Below are positions 40,905 through 53,100 of a stretch of DNA of 64,000 nucleotides, piece by piece; the first letter of the stretch is position 1; each line of letters opens with the position of its first letter. The DNA lies in contig JARFYF010000074.1 of assembly GCA_030265395.1 (NCBI GenBank), positions 71,193,728-71,257,727 of the forward strand, given 5' to 3'. A program made the position numbers and the translations under genes. The notes beneath the pieces are model-generated. The model was given only the letters and a program-made list of their open reading frames with translations, did no database searches and was not told the origin of the DNA. Source of the DNA: Rhina ancylostomus. Its lineage: Eukaryota.

Positions 40905-41225
40905 GGGTCCACAGATAGGGAATCAAGAACTGGAGGGCACAGGTTTAATGTGAGATGGAAGAGATTTAATGAGAACCTGAGGGGCCACTTTTTCACCCAG
41001 AGGGTGGTCCGTATATGGAACGAGCTGCCAGAGGACGTGTTTGAGGCAGGTACATTAATGACATTTAAAAGACACTTGGACAGGTCCATGGATAGGAAAG
41101 CTTTAGAGGGATATGGGCCAAACATGGGCAAATGGAACTAGCTTAGATGGGAGTCTTGGCCAGCATGGACCAGTTGGGCCGAAGGGCCTGTTTCTGTACT
41201 GTATGACTCTATAACTCTATGACAT
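40905..41225 (+). mobile_element. Young CR1 LINE 3' end
   Basis: ESRTGGHRFNVRWKRFNENLRGHFFTQRVVRIWNELPEDVFEAGTLMTFKRHLDRSM; tail gggccgaagggcctgtttctgtactgtatgactctataactctatga. Confidence 0.92.
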
Positions 41226-41869
41226 TCCATGTTTACTGTACACCCTTATTTTGATGTGTTCTAACTGCAAGGCTGCTGGCTATTTCTGGGATAGATTGGT
41301 GCGTGTTAGTACCGAGGTTGTGCTTGGTCAGTGGTAACTCATCCAAAGCCAGTCCCCAACTTTGATTGCAACCTAGCACATGCCCCTAATCTGGCACACC
41401 AGAACAGCCAAGCCACTGTGCAGCCTGGTACAAGATTTTATTGATTGGGATCTCGGTGAGAGCAGTGCAAGGGGCAGAGGCTTAAACTGCTTTAGACAAA
41501 TTACTTCTGGCATTGCAGAGTAAGAATGTTAGGAAAAGACCATACCACTCCTCAAACCTGCTCCATCATTCAAGTTACGTTTCTACATCTCTTCTCACCT
41601 GTTCTCCACATCTCTTGATAATCCCTTGTTGCCCAACGATCTATCCCGAAGAACAGGAGGAAGAGGAGCAGGAGTTGTCCAGAGGGCCGTCAAGGACCTC
41701 CGTCATTTAGTGGGATTGTGGCCTCGGCCTCAGCTCCACCTTCTTGCCTGATCTCCATAATCCCTTGTTCCCCCTTTGGTCCAAACATCTATCTCAGCCA
41801 TTAATATATTCAGTGTTTCAGCCTCCACAGGTCCCTGGGGTAGAGAATTGCAAAGATCCATGTAGAGAA

Positions 41870-42042
41870 AAGATAAGATAAGATTTCTTTATTAGTCACA
41901 TGTACATCGAAACACATGGTGAAATACATCTTTTGTGTAGAGTGTCTGGGAGCAGCCCACACCACGCTTCCGGCACCAACATAGCACGCCCACAACTTCC
42001 TAACCCATACGTCTTTGGAATGTGGGAGGAAACCGGAGCACC
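41870..42042 (-). mobile_element. V-SINE 3' half with Rex1-like tail and (TCTTA)n end
   Basis: agataagataagatttctttattagtcacatgtacatcgaaacaca ... ctttggaatgtgggaggaaaccggagcacc. Confidence 0.85.
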
Positions 42043-42142
42043 NNNNNNNNNNNNNNNNNNNNNNNNNNNNNNNNNNNNNNNNNNNNNNNNNNNNNNNNNN
42101 NNNNNNNNNNNNNNNNNNNNNNNNNNNNNNNNNNNNNNNNNN

Positions 42143-42590
42143 CTTGATCTCCCAAAATGCAACAGTTTGCAATTATCTGAATTGAAAGCCATTTGCCATT
42201 CCACGGCCCACTTACCCAGCTTATCAAGATCCCCTATAATTTTTGATAAACTTCTTCACTGTCTACGATACCACCTATTTTAATGTCATCTGCAAATTTA
42301 CTAACCACGCCTTGTAAATTCACATCCAAATCGTTTATGTACATAACGAAAAACAAAGGACCCAGCACTGACCCCTGTGGCACACCACTAGTCACAGGCC
42401 TCCAGTCGAGAAACAACCTTCGAACATCACTCTGTTTCCTACCATTGAGCCAATTATGAACCCAATTAGCCATCTCTCCCTGGATCCCATGCAATCTAAT
42501 CTTCCAGACTAGCTTGCCATGCGGGACCTTGTCAAAGGTCTTGCTCAGGTCTATATAGACAACATCCACTTCCCTACCCTCAGCTACCCC
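42143..42590 (-). mobile_element. CR1 reverse transcriptase core fragment
   Basis: DVVYIDLSKTFDKVPHGKL...SGVPQGSVLGPLFFVMYINDLD...SKFADDIKIGG. Confidence 0.93.
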
Positions 42591-43334
42591 ATGATGCAGT
42601 GCTGCCCACTTTGGAGAAACGAACAGGAATCATCTTAGATCTGTACAATATAAACTTTCCATTGACATATTGTACAAATGCTGGCCGAGTGGGTTATGTC
42701 AGAATTTACCAGCTTGTCTGCTGTGAGCCATACACCTGAAGCAGAGAGTCCTGCCAGAAAATAAGAGTAAAAAGCTGTGCCTGCCTCAAGAAACAGCCTG
42801 TCTGTACTTTAATCCAAGTTCACCATCCTATTACAACTAATGCAACTGCTCTTGCTCCTTGAATTTATTTAGCTGAAATTGGTTCAGCTGAATTATAATT
42901 ACAATGAGAAGAACTTTCAGGCAATCAACAATTAGAAATCACTGGTGGCTTGATTGCAGTTTTTCTCATACCTGGTGAATTTAGAAACTTCATAACTTAT
43001 TAGGACTTTTGCAGTGCACGAGGCCATTGGGCAGATTGTCTTTATATTTGGACCAGGAATATGTGCCATGGGAAATTAAATTGCTCAGAGAAATTTGTCC
43101 TGGTCTTACAAGAATCCACAGCTGCAGTGTGGAATGTTCAACAAGGTAGTGATGCTGGGAACAAGTAAAAACAAAGCTGAGCATTTTTCATAAGCAAAAC
43201 TTACGGAAATTTGGCATTCAAACTTGAGCCACATTTATGGGCACAAGATCAGGAAACCAAGTTTTGAAGTGTCTGTGGATGTGCAAAAATTGGCTGAGGT
43301 ATCCTAAACTGTGTGCAAGACCATTTTCTGGGAA

Positions 43335-43638
43335 TCAAAGAGATAAGGCATCTTTATTAGTCGCACGTACATCGAAACACAGAGTGAAATGCATCTTTTG
43401 CATAGCATGTTCTGGAGCAGCCCGCAAGTGTCGCCACACTTCCAGTGCCAACATAGCAGGCTCACAACTTCCTAACCTGTATGTTGTTGGAATGTGGGAG
43501 GAAACAGGAGCACCCAGAGGAAACTCTTGCAGACACTGGGAGAACATACAAACTCCTTATAAACAGCAGCTGGAACTGAACCCAGGTCACTGGTGCTGTA
43601 ATAGTGTTATGCTAACTGCTACACTACTGTGCCTGCCA
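43335..43638 (-). mobile_element. Full-length V-SINE with Rex1-like tail
   Basis: Minus strand: ggcacagtagtgtagcagttagcataacactattacagcacc, gggttcagttcc, V-domain, catttcactctgtgtttcgatgtacgtgcgactaataaag. Confidence 0.85.
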
Positions 43639-43789
43639 TACCTTTGCTCTTTCCAGAAATAATTCCTGGACTTTAGTAACATAGAATGAAGAGAAGATAT
43701 GGGGTAGATATCACTGGGCAGAGGGATGAAGGCCAATCTGATTGGTTGAACTAAACGTGCTCTGTTGACGTCCTGTTTCCTCATAACTT

Positions 43790-44300
43790 TTACTTCTGAG
43801 GCTATCCCTCAGGATCTAGAATGACCCGATTTCATTCAGGTTCACTGGGTTGTGAAGTGGCTGATGAATCCAACATGGGAACTGAAGATTCTTCCACAGA
43901 TGGGACAAGAAGCTGCTGGTGAGGCAGATGAGTGGGTAATTTGTGAGATAGTGCACTCCTTCTATCAATTAGCAGAGCTTCTGTGTGCCCGCAATGCATA
44001 GATTTTCAATATCATCCTGAATGCTCCTTCTCCACTTTGAACAGTCTCGGCCAAGGATTCCCAGGATTAGGAGGGAATGAGGCAATTTTTCAAGGAGGCT
44101 TTGAGCATGACCATAAATCTTTTCTCCTGTCCAGCTGGTAATCTTTTCCTGTAATAGAGCTCAGAATAGAGCATCTGTGTTGGGGGTCTAGAGTCAAGCA
44201 TGCAGACAATGAGATTGCCCTACAGAGCTGACTGAGTGTAACTTAGGCTTAATGCTGGGGATGTTGGTCTGGGAGTAGACACAGGCATTGGCTCATTTTT
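43790..44300 (-). mobile_element. RTE-clade LINE 3' end
   Basis: ttcaaggaggctttgagcatgacc, ccagctggtaatc, atgctggggatgttgg: reverse complement of the 26430-26935 segment. Confidence 0.7.
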
Positions 44301-44699
44301 CCTTATTACTGTTTTACTTCATTATTTAAAAATATTACCATTTCCAAACTAATTGTCCACCTATAATTATGTACATATGGAAGTGATCTTCAGGTAGGTG
44401 TTTGTCATAAGATGTACTTAACCTAAGATTCCGTAAGGAAAGATGAACAATGAGATTAAAACCAATGAGTGACATGGTTTCTAATCAATTCCTCTTAAAA
44501 TCAACATGTTTTCTTAATATCGAGAGTAGGTGTTTTTTTTAAATCTCTATTGGCTGTGCAAGCAGATCAAATTGATAGAAACTGGAGGGAGGCTCCCAGG
44601 TAGTTCCTGATGAGAACTTTTGTCTGCAGTTGCACACAAAACCTCAACCAGACTGACCTAGTGTGATCCTGATCTCAGCCAGGGTGAAAGCAGATTTAG

Positions 44700-44855
44700 T
44701 GACACAGGAGATTGCAGAAGTGGGAATCTGGAGCTAAAAAAATAAACTCTAGGAGGAAATCCAGATGAAGGGTTCAGATGAAAAGACTTGACCCAAAACG
44801 TTGACTATCCAGTTCCTTCCACGGATACTGCCTGACCCGCTGAGTTCCTCCAAAT
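44700..44855. mobile_element. Penelope-derived foldback mini-element
   Basis: gacacaggagattgcagaagtgggaatctggagc ... ccacggatactgcctgacccgctgagttcctcca. Confidence 0.7.
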
Positions 44856-47039
44856 GGTTTGGTTTTTGAAAGCAGATTTACCTTGTTGTCACTGAGCTGG
44901 GAAGGGTCAGTAAATCTGCCTGGGTTNNNNNNNNNNAAAATAGGTGCATCAGGTGAGGATAATATTCAGCTCAGCTGTGATTGGCAAAGTCTGCCAACAG
45001 TTTAGGATCACATATGGGGAGTGACCACATTAGTACAGCATTGGAAAACTGCCAGTGTCTGCATTGCATCAATCAACACCTTCTGAAATGGCACAGAGAA
45101 AATGATGGGAAAAGTCTGTCCATCACTTTAGTTACAAGTCTCACACTTAACAACATCCTTTTTACCAGTACAAGCATTATGCATTCACCTCAGGTGCAAA
45201 AAAAAAAGGAAATTCTGGGAGATTCTGCTTCTAACAGTTGGGTCTTATACAATAACAGATAGCCTGAGAAGAGGCAATCTGAAGGGAGACTGAGAAAAGT
45301 GATCAAAAGGCACCAAGACAGTTTTCCACATAATTAGTCTGAAAATCAGCTTTGACAAACATCAGAAGTAGGTTTACAAATGTGCAATTCCAAGTTGGAT
45401 CTTGTGGACTGCGTGCACGGTGGGAATTTGAGAGCAGAGATCTGAACTTCACAAGCCCGAATGAATTTCCCAATCGTTTACTGTAACAGACAGCAAGCTG
45501 TAAAGGTCTCTGACACCTGTACCCAAATTCCCAATATTGTGGCACCTGGTGCAAAATACTGTGCCAGCAATGTGAATTTACAAAGATGTCTCAATAGATT
45601 TGGAGGTATGAGAGCCTAATTGTTATGGACCAGCCAATGGCCTTTCCAAGTACAAATCCCAGCGGCTGTAGTGGGATATGAACTTGTATCCTGGATTATA
45701 ATTAGTCCTTATGCCAACAATTTAACAGCAACTTCCCTTGTGCCATCTTAGACTCTGAATGGGTTGGACTGAAATTGTTTGTCCTACTTTCTTGTCACTC
45801 ACTTAGAACAAAATGGTATTGTATCATGGAGTAGTAGAATGAGATTGCCATGAAGCTGTTCATTCATTGGTACTCCCGTGGCACAAATATATAAAATCTT
45901 TCATCATATTTTATATAAACGTCATATTTTTCTAAACAGATAAAGCTATTGAGACAGGCTTCTGCAGCTCCATAGAATTCTTGTCCATTTCCCATTATTA
46001 GAATCTCTTATCCTGGCATGAAATTCACAGGATCCCAATTTAAGCACAAAATCTCCTCATTGTTAATTGGCATTTTAATTGCTCAGTGTGTTAAGCAGGA
46101 ACCCAGTCAACAGATCAGTTATCCATTGCATGCTTACAACTTCCTTCAAAAAAATATGCAACAGACAGCTGGCAGTTCCAAGGCTACAGTTCATACCTGA
46201 TTAACAGCCTTCAGCTCTGTGCCAGCTGTTGATGCTGCATGTGATCTATATGCATTCTGGAAAACACTAGATTTAACAAGGAATTTAGAAAAAAGTTATT
46301 TACTGGCTTACATGATTATTGGTCCATTCATTGTACCACAACAACAAGGTCAGTAGGGAAAATCTCACAAGGCAATTTCATGTTGTCTGTGTTCGTGATG
46401 TAATTGCCTGCTGCAGTTATTACTTTATATTTTAGCAGCATTTATACCTTGTGTGCTACTTGAACTATTTGAATTTTCTCACATGTACACTGGTAATTAG
46501 GGTGGAATTACCACACAACTTTGTGTGTTAAATATTGCGTGGCATTGAAAAGCTCACTGTTAACTCAAACTGAATCTCTGTGTTACTCCATCCACTTACT
46601 GAAAATTTAAACAGGTAACACCATTGAATCTATTAATCCGCAGCTACCAGCAATTTCAAAGCAGACTCATCAAATTGCTGAGAAGTCAAGTGATAAACAA
46701 ACACGTCACAAGATATAAACTGAGGAAGCAAAAGATAAAACTGTAGGCAATCAAAATCTCAAATGGATATATAGATAGTTTCTCAGTATCAGGAAAAGCA
46801 TTAGGTTAATGTATTACCTGAAGAATCTTCCAGAGAATTAAGTGGGATGTAGAGGAGCAGTCGGGGAAGATAGTTCCGTTCTGCTCCTCCACCTCACGTG
46901 CAAGAACACAGAAAAAAGGAATTTGTGCTATTTTCCTGGAGTCCCCATGGACCTTCCTTCAGAGGAGGAGTGTCAAGAATTTGCATTTAGATCCCACTTG
47001 GCATTTCATTAGAGAAATTATTGAACAATGTATGATCTA

Positions 47040-47410
47040 TAAGTACTCATCAGGGGAAATGACTAGGAGCTTAGCCAAAGAGCAGGAAACGTTTTAGAGG
47101 AGAATGCGTGCTGTTAGGGCCTAGGCAGCTAAAAGCATGACCAGCATTGGTGAAGTGATTCAAGTCGGGGATACGTGAGGGACCAACAATGGAGAGGCAG
47201 GGATACCTCAGAGGGTGGTAGGGTTTGATGAGAGAACATAGACAGCAAACGAGCAAGGCCACAGAGGAATTTGAAAACAATGAGAACTTTGAAACTGAGA
47301 TGATGCTGGACCAGTGGCCGACGTAAGAATGCAAACATGGATAGTATATGAATAGGGCTTCCTGTGAGTTAGAATATGAGCAACATAATTCTGGGTGAAT
47401 TTCTCTGGAA
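47040..47410 (-). mobile_element. L2 LINE 3' remnant
   Basis: Minus strand LRRPLVQHHLSFKVLIVFKFLCGLA and AGHAFSCLGP; homologous to 12530-12970. Confidence 0.7.
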
Positions 47411-47929
47411 CATTCACCTATTATTTTTTTGTTTGTGATTAAACTTCTGAATAAGAACGGATGACAAATCACAAAAATATCCTCTCCTGTTCTATCACCG
47501 TTCTGATGAATGCACTTAAATCAAAGCAATTAGTGTCCTCTTTTTCTCCCCTCTGTACACAGCACAAAATGAGCAAGCCAAACTGCATATCAAAGGGTCA
47601 GTCAGACTTGACTCATAGAAGACAACTAAATAACAATGACCAAATACTTGAGAAACTAACAATGAAGAGTCAAAAACATTAAAAGCCCACGGAGCAACCC
47701 AAGGAGGGGAANNNNNNNNNNAAATCACGCTCTTACTTCCTCAATGACATGAAGATACCAATGATAAAAATAGTATTCCTAAACATCAAAAGATTAAATA
47801 ATTCTGGAGCAATAACAATTACCACATTATTATTGTTCGTTATTATTTACCAGGTTTGTACTTTTGTAACAATATTTTATGTTGGAGTCTACAAATGAAA
47901 CTGTAGCCTGGAGTTATTGCAAGTTGTCA

Positions 47930-48270
47930 GACTTATCGCTGTTAGGTGCGGAGACTCAAGCTCATTGGCTGGGGATCCTTTGGTTCTTTACTTTCCTATT
48001 ACCACACTCTTTTGCCTTGCATTATCATTCCTTTCATCACTCAATATACCTTTCCCATTACCCTACCTCATGCCTTCCTTTTTGTTCTTTGCTCCCCTCC
48101 CCCCTTTCACAGTATCTTAAAACTTACTCAATTCTAACTTTTTCCAGTTGTCCTGAAAAGTTACTGACCTGAAGTGCTAGCTCTATTTCTCCCTCCACAG
48201 AGAGAGCCTGGCCTTGAGTATCTTCAGCATTTCATGATTTTTTTTTCAGCTATCCAGCATTTGTAATTTT
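47930..48270 (+). mobile_element. Penelope-like 3' region and terminus, degenerate
   Basis: Pyrimidine-rich tract, then tgacctgaagtgctagctctatttctccctccacagag...gagtatcttcagcattt. Confidence 0.5.
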
Positions 48271-51200
48271 TTTTCTTTTACATGAAACAGCCCCCAGATG
48301 TGGACATACATGTTCATGATTGACATAATGATTGGCAATCCAACTGTGCCATAACTTGGCTTGAAGTCTTTTCCCTTTTAACCGATGTGTATCAGTGTGA
48401 TCCGTTATAGAACGCAAATAATAACAAGTTTGTTTTTATTTTGGCCTTTAGTGACAAGGATGTCCATTGTCCAAGTAATTCAGATAACAGTGTTTAAAAA
48501 CAGTAACTCAAATTTTGTGAAAGAAGTTCATTGCAGGGGAGGTGGACTTCAACAGGGGTTCCCTATTCTCCTGCTGTATCTTTGGTGGAATATTGACAGA
48601 AACACTGCACCTTTTGTGCAAGGTCAGTGCGTGCATTCAAAACCAAGCTCAATAGATTTCTGGATATTAAAGAAATGAAGGGATGTGGAGATAGTGATAG
48701 AAAATGATGCTAAGGTAGATGATCAGATATGATCTTAATGAATGGCAGAGCAGGCTGGAAGGACGAAATGGCCCACTCCTGTTCCTATTTCATATGTTAT
48801 TATGCTTTTGTGTGAATTTCTACTTACATAATTTCTCTGCAAATATCCACTGACATTACTCATAAGAAATTCAATCCCATCATCTGGCTCGGTGGCTTGG
48901 TTGAGATGCAATAATCCATGAAGGGGGCAGGATGCAATGACCGTAATCATCAGTGTATAACTGACAAAAAATGTGAAGCCAAATGAAAACCATTATAAAG
49001 TTACCAAATTATTTTAGTGTTCAATAAAGATTTAGAAACTAGTGCCTGTGTTTTATTTTGTGGTCTGTATCACCTTTGGTGATGAATTATTCTTTGCATT
49101 TTGCTGGAAGGAATCTGCACATATCTATTACACATTTTGCCAGTGAGACTTAAACAAAAAGAATGGTCCTCACCCAGATTTACCTACCCTTGAACTTATG
49201 TGATGTTTTATGTGAGCATCTTACCTGAAAGTACCACAAGCAGAGTGGAGATGTTAGGTGCCTCTTCTGCCTGGCCAGTCAAATGCTTTGTAGTGGCAAC
49301 AGCTCAGTTTGTATCAAGCAATCGTTTCCTACCAGCTGCTGTGAACAGAGCTATAAGCAGAGGAACCTATTCTACAGAACGAGGCATGATACAATGAATA
49401 AACAAACACCAAGATTGCTTCATTGTGGAAGCTTAATACCAATGTTTTAAAAGAACAGGGTGCACCTGTAGTGTGGATACAATTAAGGTTAGCCAGTGTC
49501 TTTAGGATCCTTTCTTAGTTTTTTTTAGAACATCTGTTCATTCCATATCATCTCTGTAATACCATGCAATAAGTGGTCAGTGTTGACTCGTTAGGCCGAA
49601 GGGTCTGTATCCGTGCTCTAATGTGTGGCACAACACACCAAATTCTGGTTTGGAATTCCTGCAATCCAAAACTATTTTATTTTTTCCCCAATGTGACTGC
49701 CTGTTCACACTCTTGACTCCAGGGCAACAGTTAGGCACTTGCTTCACTTTATGGTGATATTGTTGACTGTTACTAACCTTCTGATCCTAACCACACAGAA
49801 TCCAACAGTGCAGTTTTGCATGGAAAATAGGCCTATTTATAAATCTGCCTGAATTTATTGACAGATTCACAACAGCCACCAACTTGTTGAGAGAAAAGGA
49901 AATGATGTGATTGATGTTAAGATCACAATGTGTAAAGTTCCTGCGACACTGATGATAACTCACTCACGCTTTCAGTGCTAGTGATTTATCAACTCTTTTC
50001 TCTGGTAAAATAACTTCTTTGTTGCATAGCCACTACCACAATAGTCCATAAATAATTCAAACTCTATCCGAGTAATCTGTATCCTATTGGAAATATTCAG
50101 AGCATTAAAAAAAATCATAAGCGAGAATGAACATTCTACTGCTCCATCCATGCAACATATACCTCACCTATTTAATTCTCATGAATGAAAATTAATCAAG
50201 AAGCAATTAAGTATTCCTTTATATACATATACTTAGCAAACAGTTCTGCGATGTATCATTCACAACCTTCTCCAATCCAGGCAAAACATATTTTATCTTT
50301 ACTCTTTGTTTTAAATCCTTTAAACAGCTTCTTTCTGCACTATTGTATTTTCTCTTGCACAGTACTGAAACTTTCTGTTAAGAGCCTTATGACAAGCCAC
50401 GTTGAACATCTCCTCAGAATCCATAAGTCTTACAACAATTGTATTATTTTTATCTAGTCTATCCATCACACTTCGACAAGAGGTCACCACACATATGATT
50501 TTAAAAAAATATTCTTTAATGGGATATTGGCTTCACTGGCAGGGCCAGCTTTTATTACTTACCACTAATTGTCCTCAAGAAACTGGCAGCAAGTCATATT
50601 CTTAAATCGCCCAGATTTACGAAGGGACAGTGATATATTTCCAAGTCAAATGGTGTGCAAATTAGAGAGAAACCTGCAGGTAGCGGTGATGGTCTGCAGC
50701 TGAGGGCCTTGTTTTGTTGGAGATGGTCTTTGGCCTATCACCTGTGCAGCATGAATGTCGCTTGCTTTTAATTGGCCACTGCCTGAATATTGCCAAGGTT
50801 TTCTTGCATGAGGATACATCCCACTTTGTGACATGAAGAATTGTTAATGAAACTGAAGGCCCTGCAGTTATAAGCAAATGTCCCTGACTGTAATTCCTAA
50901 ACCAAACTCCTAAGGCTAGTCAGACTTGTCAAGGAACTTGAATGTTTCTGAATGTCCATGACATTTGGAAACTTTCAAAAACTATTAAAAATCAATGAAA
51001 AAACTAAATGTTTAAAATTATTGATGAATAACTCTTAAATAATTAAAAACATCTTAGGAAAAGTTAAATTAAATTATTTTTTAATTTTCCATGTCACTTT
51101 CAGCCATTCCTCTACAGATAAATAAATAGCCTTGTCATTTATGCATTCGTTGCAAGGATTCCTTTTATATCCTGCAGTTTTGCACTTCAGATCTCCTTTC

Positions 51201-52826
51201 CTGACTCCTCTATAATTTTCAGACCTTTCTTCTATCAGGAGTTTTGCAATTGTAATTTGATAACTTGAAGGAAATCACTGCTGTCATTTTCTTTATTGCT
51301 GTTTCACTAATTTAAATGTTTTTAAGTTTCATATTAATTCTAATGGACCAAAAAATTGCTGGTTAATACCAGTAGCACCAGAACAAACAGCTGGTATTTA
51401 TTCCAAATCCCCAGATATTGACCTGCTCCCTGATCGCATCATGATCCATAACAGCAAGGCATCACAATGGCAAGTCCTCCTGTGATATTAGTTCTTGATA
51501 GGCCTAATAGTTTTCTGCTGTTTCNNNNNNNNNNNNNNNNNNNNNNNNNNNNNNNNNNNNNNNNNNNNNNNNNNNNNNNNNNNNNNNNNNNNNNNNNNNN
51601 NNNNNNNNNNNNNNNNNNNNNNNNNNNNNNNNNNNNNNNNNNNNNNNNNNNNNNNNNNNNNNNNNNNNNNNNNNNNNNNNNNNNNNNNNNNNNNNNNNNN
51701 NNNNNNNNNNNNNNNATCCATTGAATGCATTTCCTCAAAGACTCCCTCTAGTACAGTAAACAAAGACTTGCATTCATATAGTGTCTGTCAGGGCCTCCAG
51801 AAATCCAGACTATTCAATCAACAAAGTATGTATGAAGTGCAATCACTGTCGTGATGTAGGAGGCATGGCAGCAAACACACGGCAAGTTGTCACAGTCAGC
51901 AAAATAATATTGACCAGGTCATCTGCTTTAGAAATGCTGACTGAGAAATAATGTTGGTCGGAATGCCAGGGGTAACTCTCTGGCCTTTTGTCAAAAAAGT
52001 GAAGTACGATATATGTCTATCAGTAAGCTCAGATAGCACCTTGGATTACCATCTCTTATGCATGTTGACATATCTCTCTCTGTACTTCACTGTAAGCCTA
52101 GATTTCTGTGCTCTAACCTCTGAAGTGCAATTTAACCCACAACTTTCTGTCAAAGTGCTACTGACTGACCTGTGGCCTGAAATATAAAAGTTTGCATTTA
52201 TTTTGCACTTTATCGATTCAGTAAAAGCTGATTGCTGCTGCTGACCTATTAATTTATTTGCTAACTTTTCCCATGATTGCAGACACTATTCTCTATGTCT
52301 CTCAGGTTAAAGCTGCAACTGAGGGTATCATGAACAAGTCTGTCCATTGCATTGCATTTTAATTGTTGAATGCTTCTTTAGAACAAACTCATCAAATTTA
52401 CCAAACTGGAGAGCAACATTAAATTAATTTGCTTGAAATGTTTCAAAGCTGTTAAAGTACATCTTAAAACCAGGTCAGTTTGGATCCACTGGACTAAAAT
52501 AAGAGTTTTGATAAATTTACGTTTTAGTCATGGAACTACCGAAAGCTAAGAAACATCCATTTAAGCCATCACCAGCAATTTGGTGAATGAGGAAGATTGG
52601 CTACTTGTACTATTCTTTCCAGGAATGAATTTCCAACTAAATGTGAAATATATATTTATTCCAATTTAAAACAACCTTCAATAATACGCAGAAAGAAATC
52701 TTTGAGATTCTGAAGACAAATATCTTTTTATTGGAAAGTTCTGTCAGCGATGTTGGTTATCTTTATTCCCAGCACTCATCCTACACGCAAGTTTGGAAGA
52801 TCAACGCTTCCTTCTCTTTTGTATTG

Positions 52827-53100
52827 TGTTATGGACTTGGACTATTAGTGCGTGTCCCTTTTAGATAGTGTGTGTGTGTGCGGCGTGCTTACATAACGAA
52901 CGTCATGACGCTGTTGTTTGAACAACCGGTCGGAGTCAGTCTGAAGGAGACACAGAGACACAGAGACAGACCAGCCTGCTTGTTTTCTCTGTCGATGGAT
53001 GAGAAACAATAACTGTGACTGTTACTGCAATCCACGTATGGATTGTTGAGAGTAATCCGGTGGAGTTCACTTTGTCGGTAACCTGTGGAGGAAAACAGGT
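52827..53100 (+). mobile_element. Probable LTR (5' part, rest in gap)
   Basis: Abrupt start TGTTATGG, CpG-retaining sequence with (GT)n and (GAGACACA)n, unlike the flanks; ends at a 511-N gap. Confidence 0.45.
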
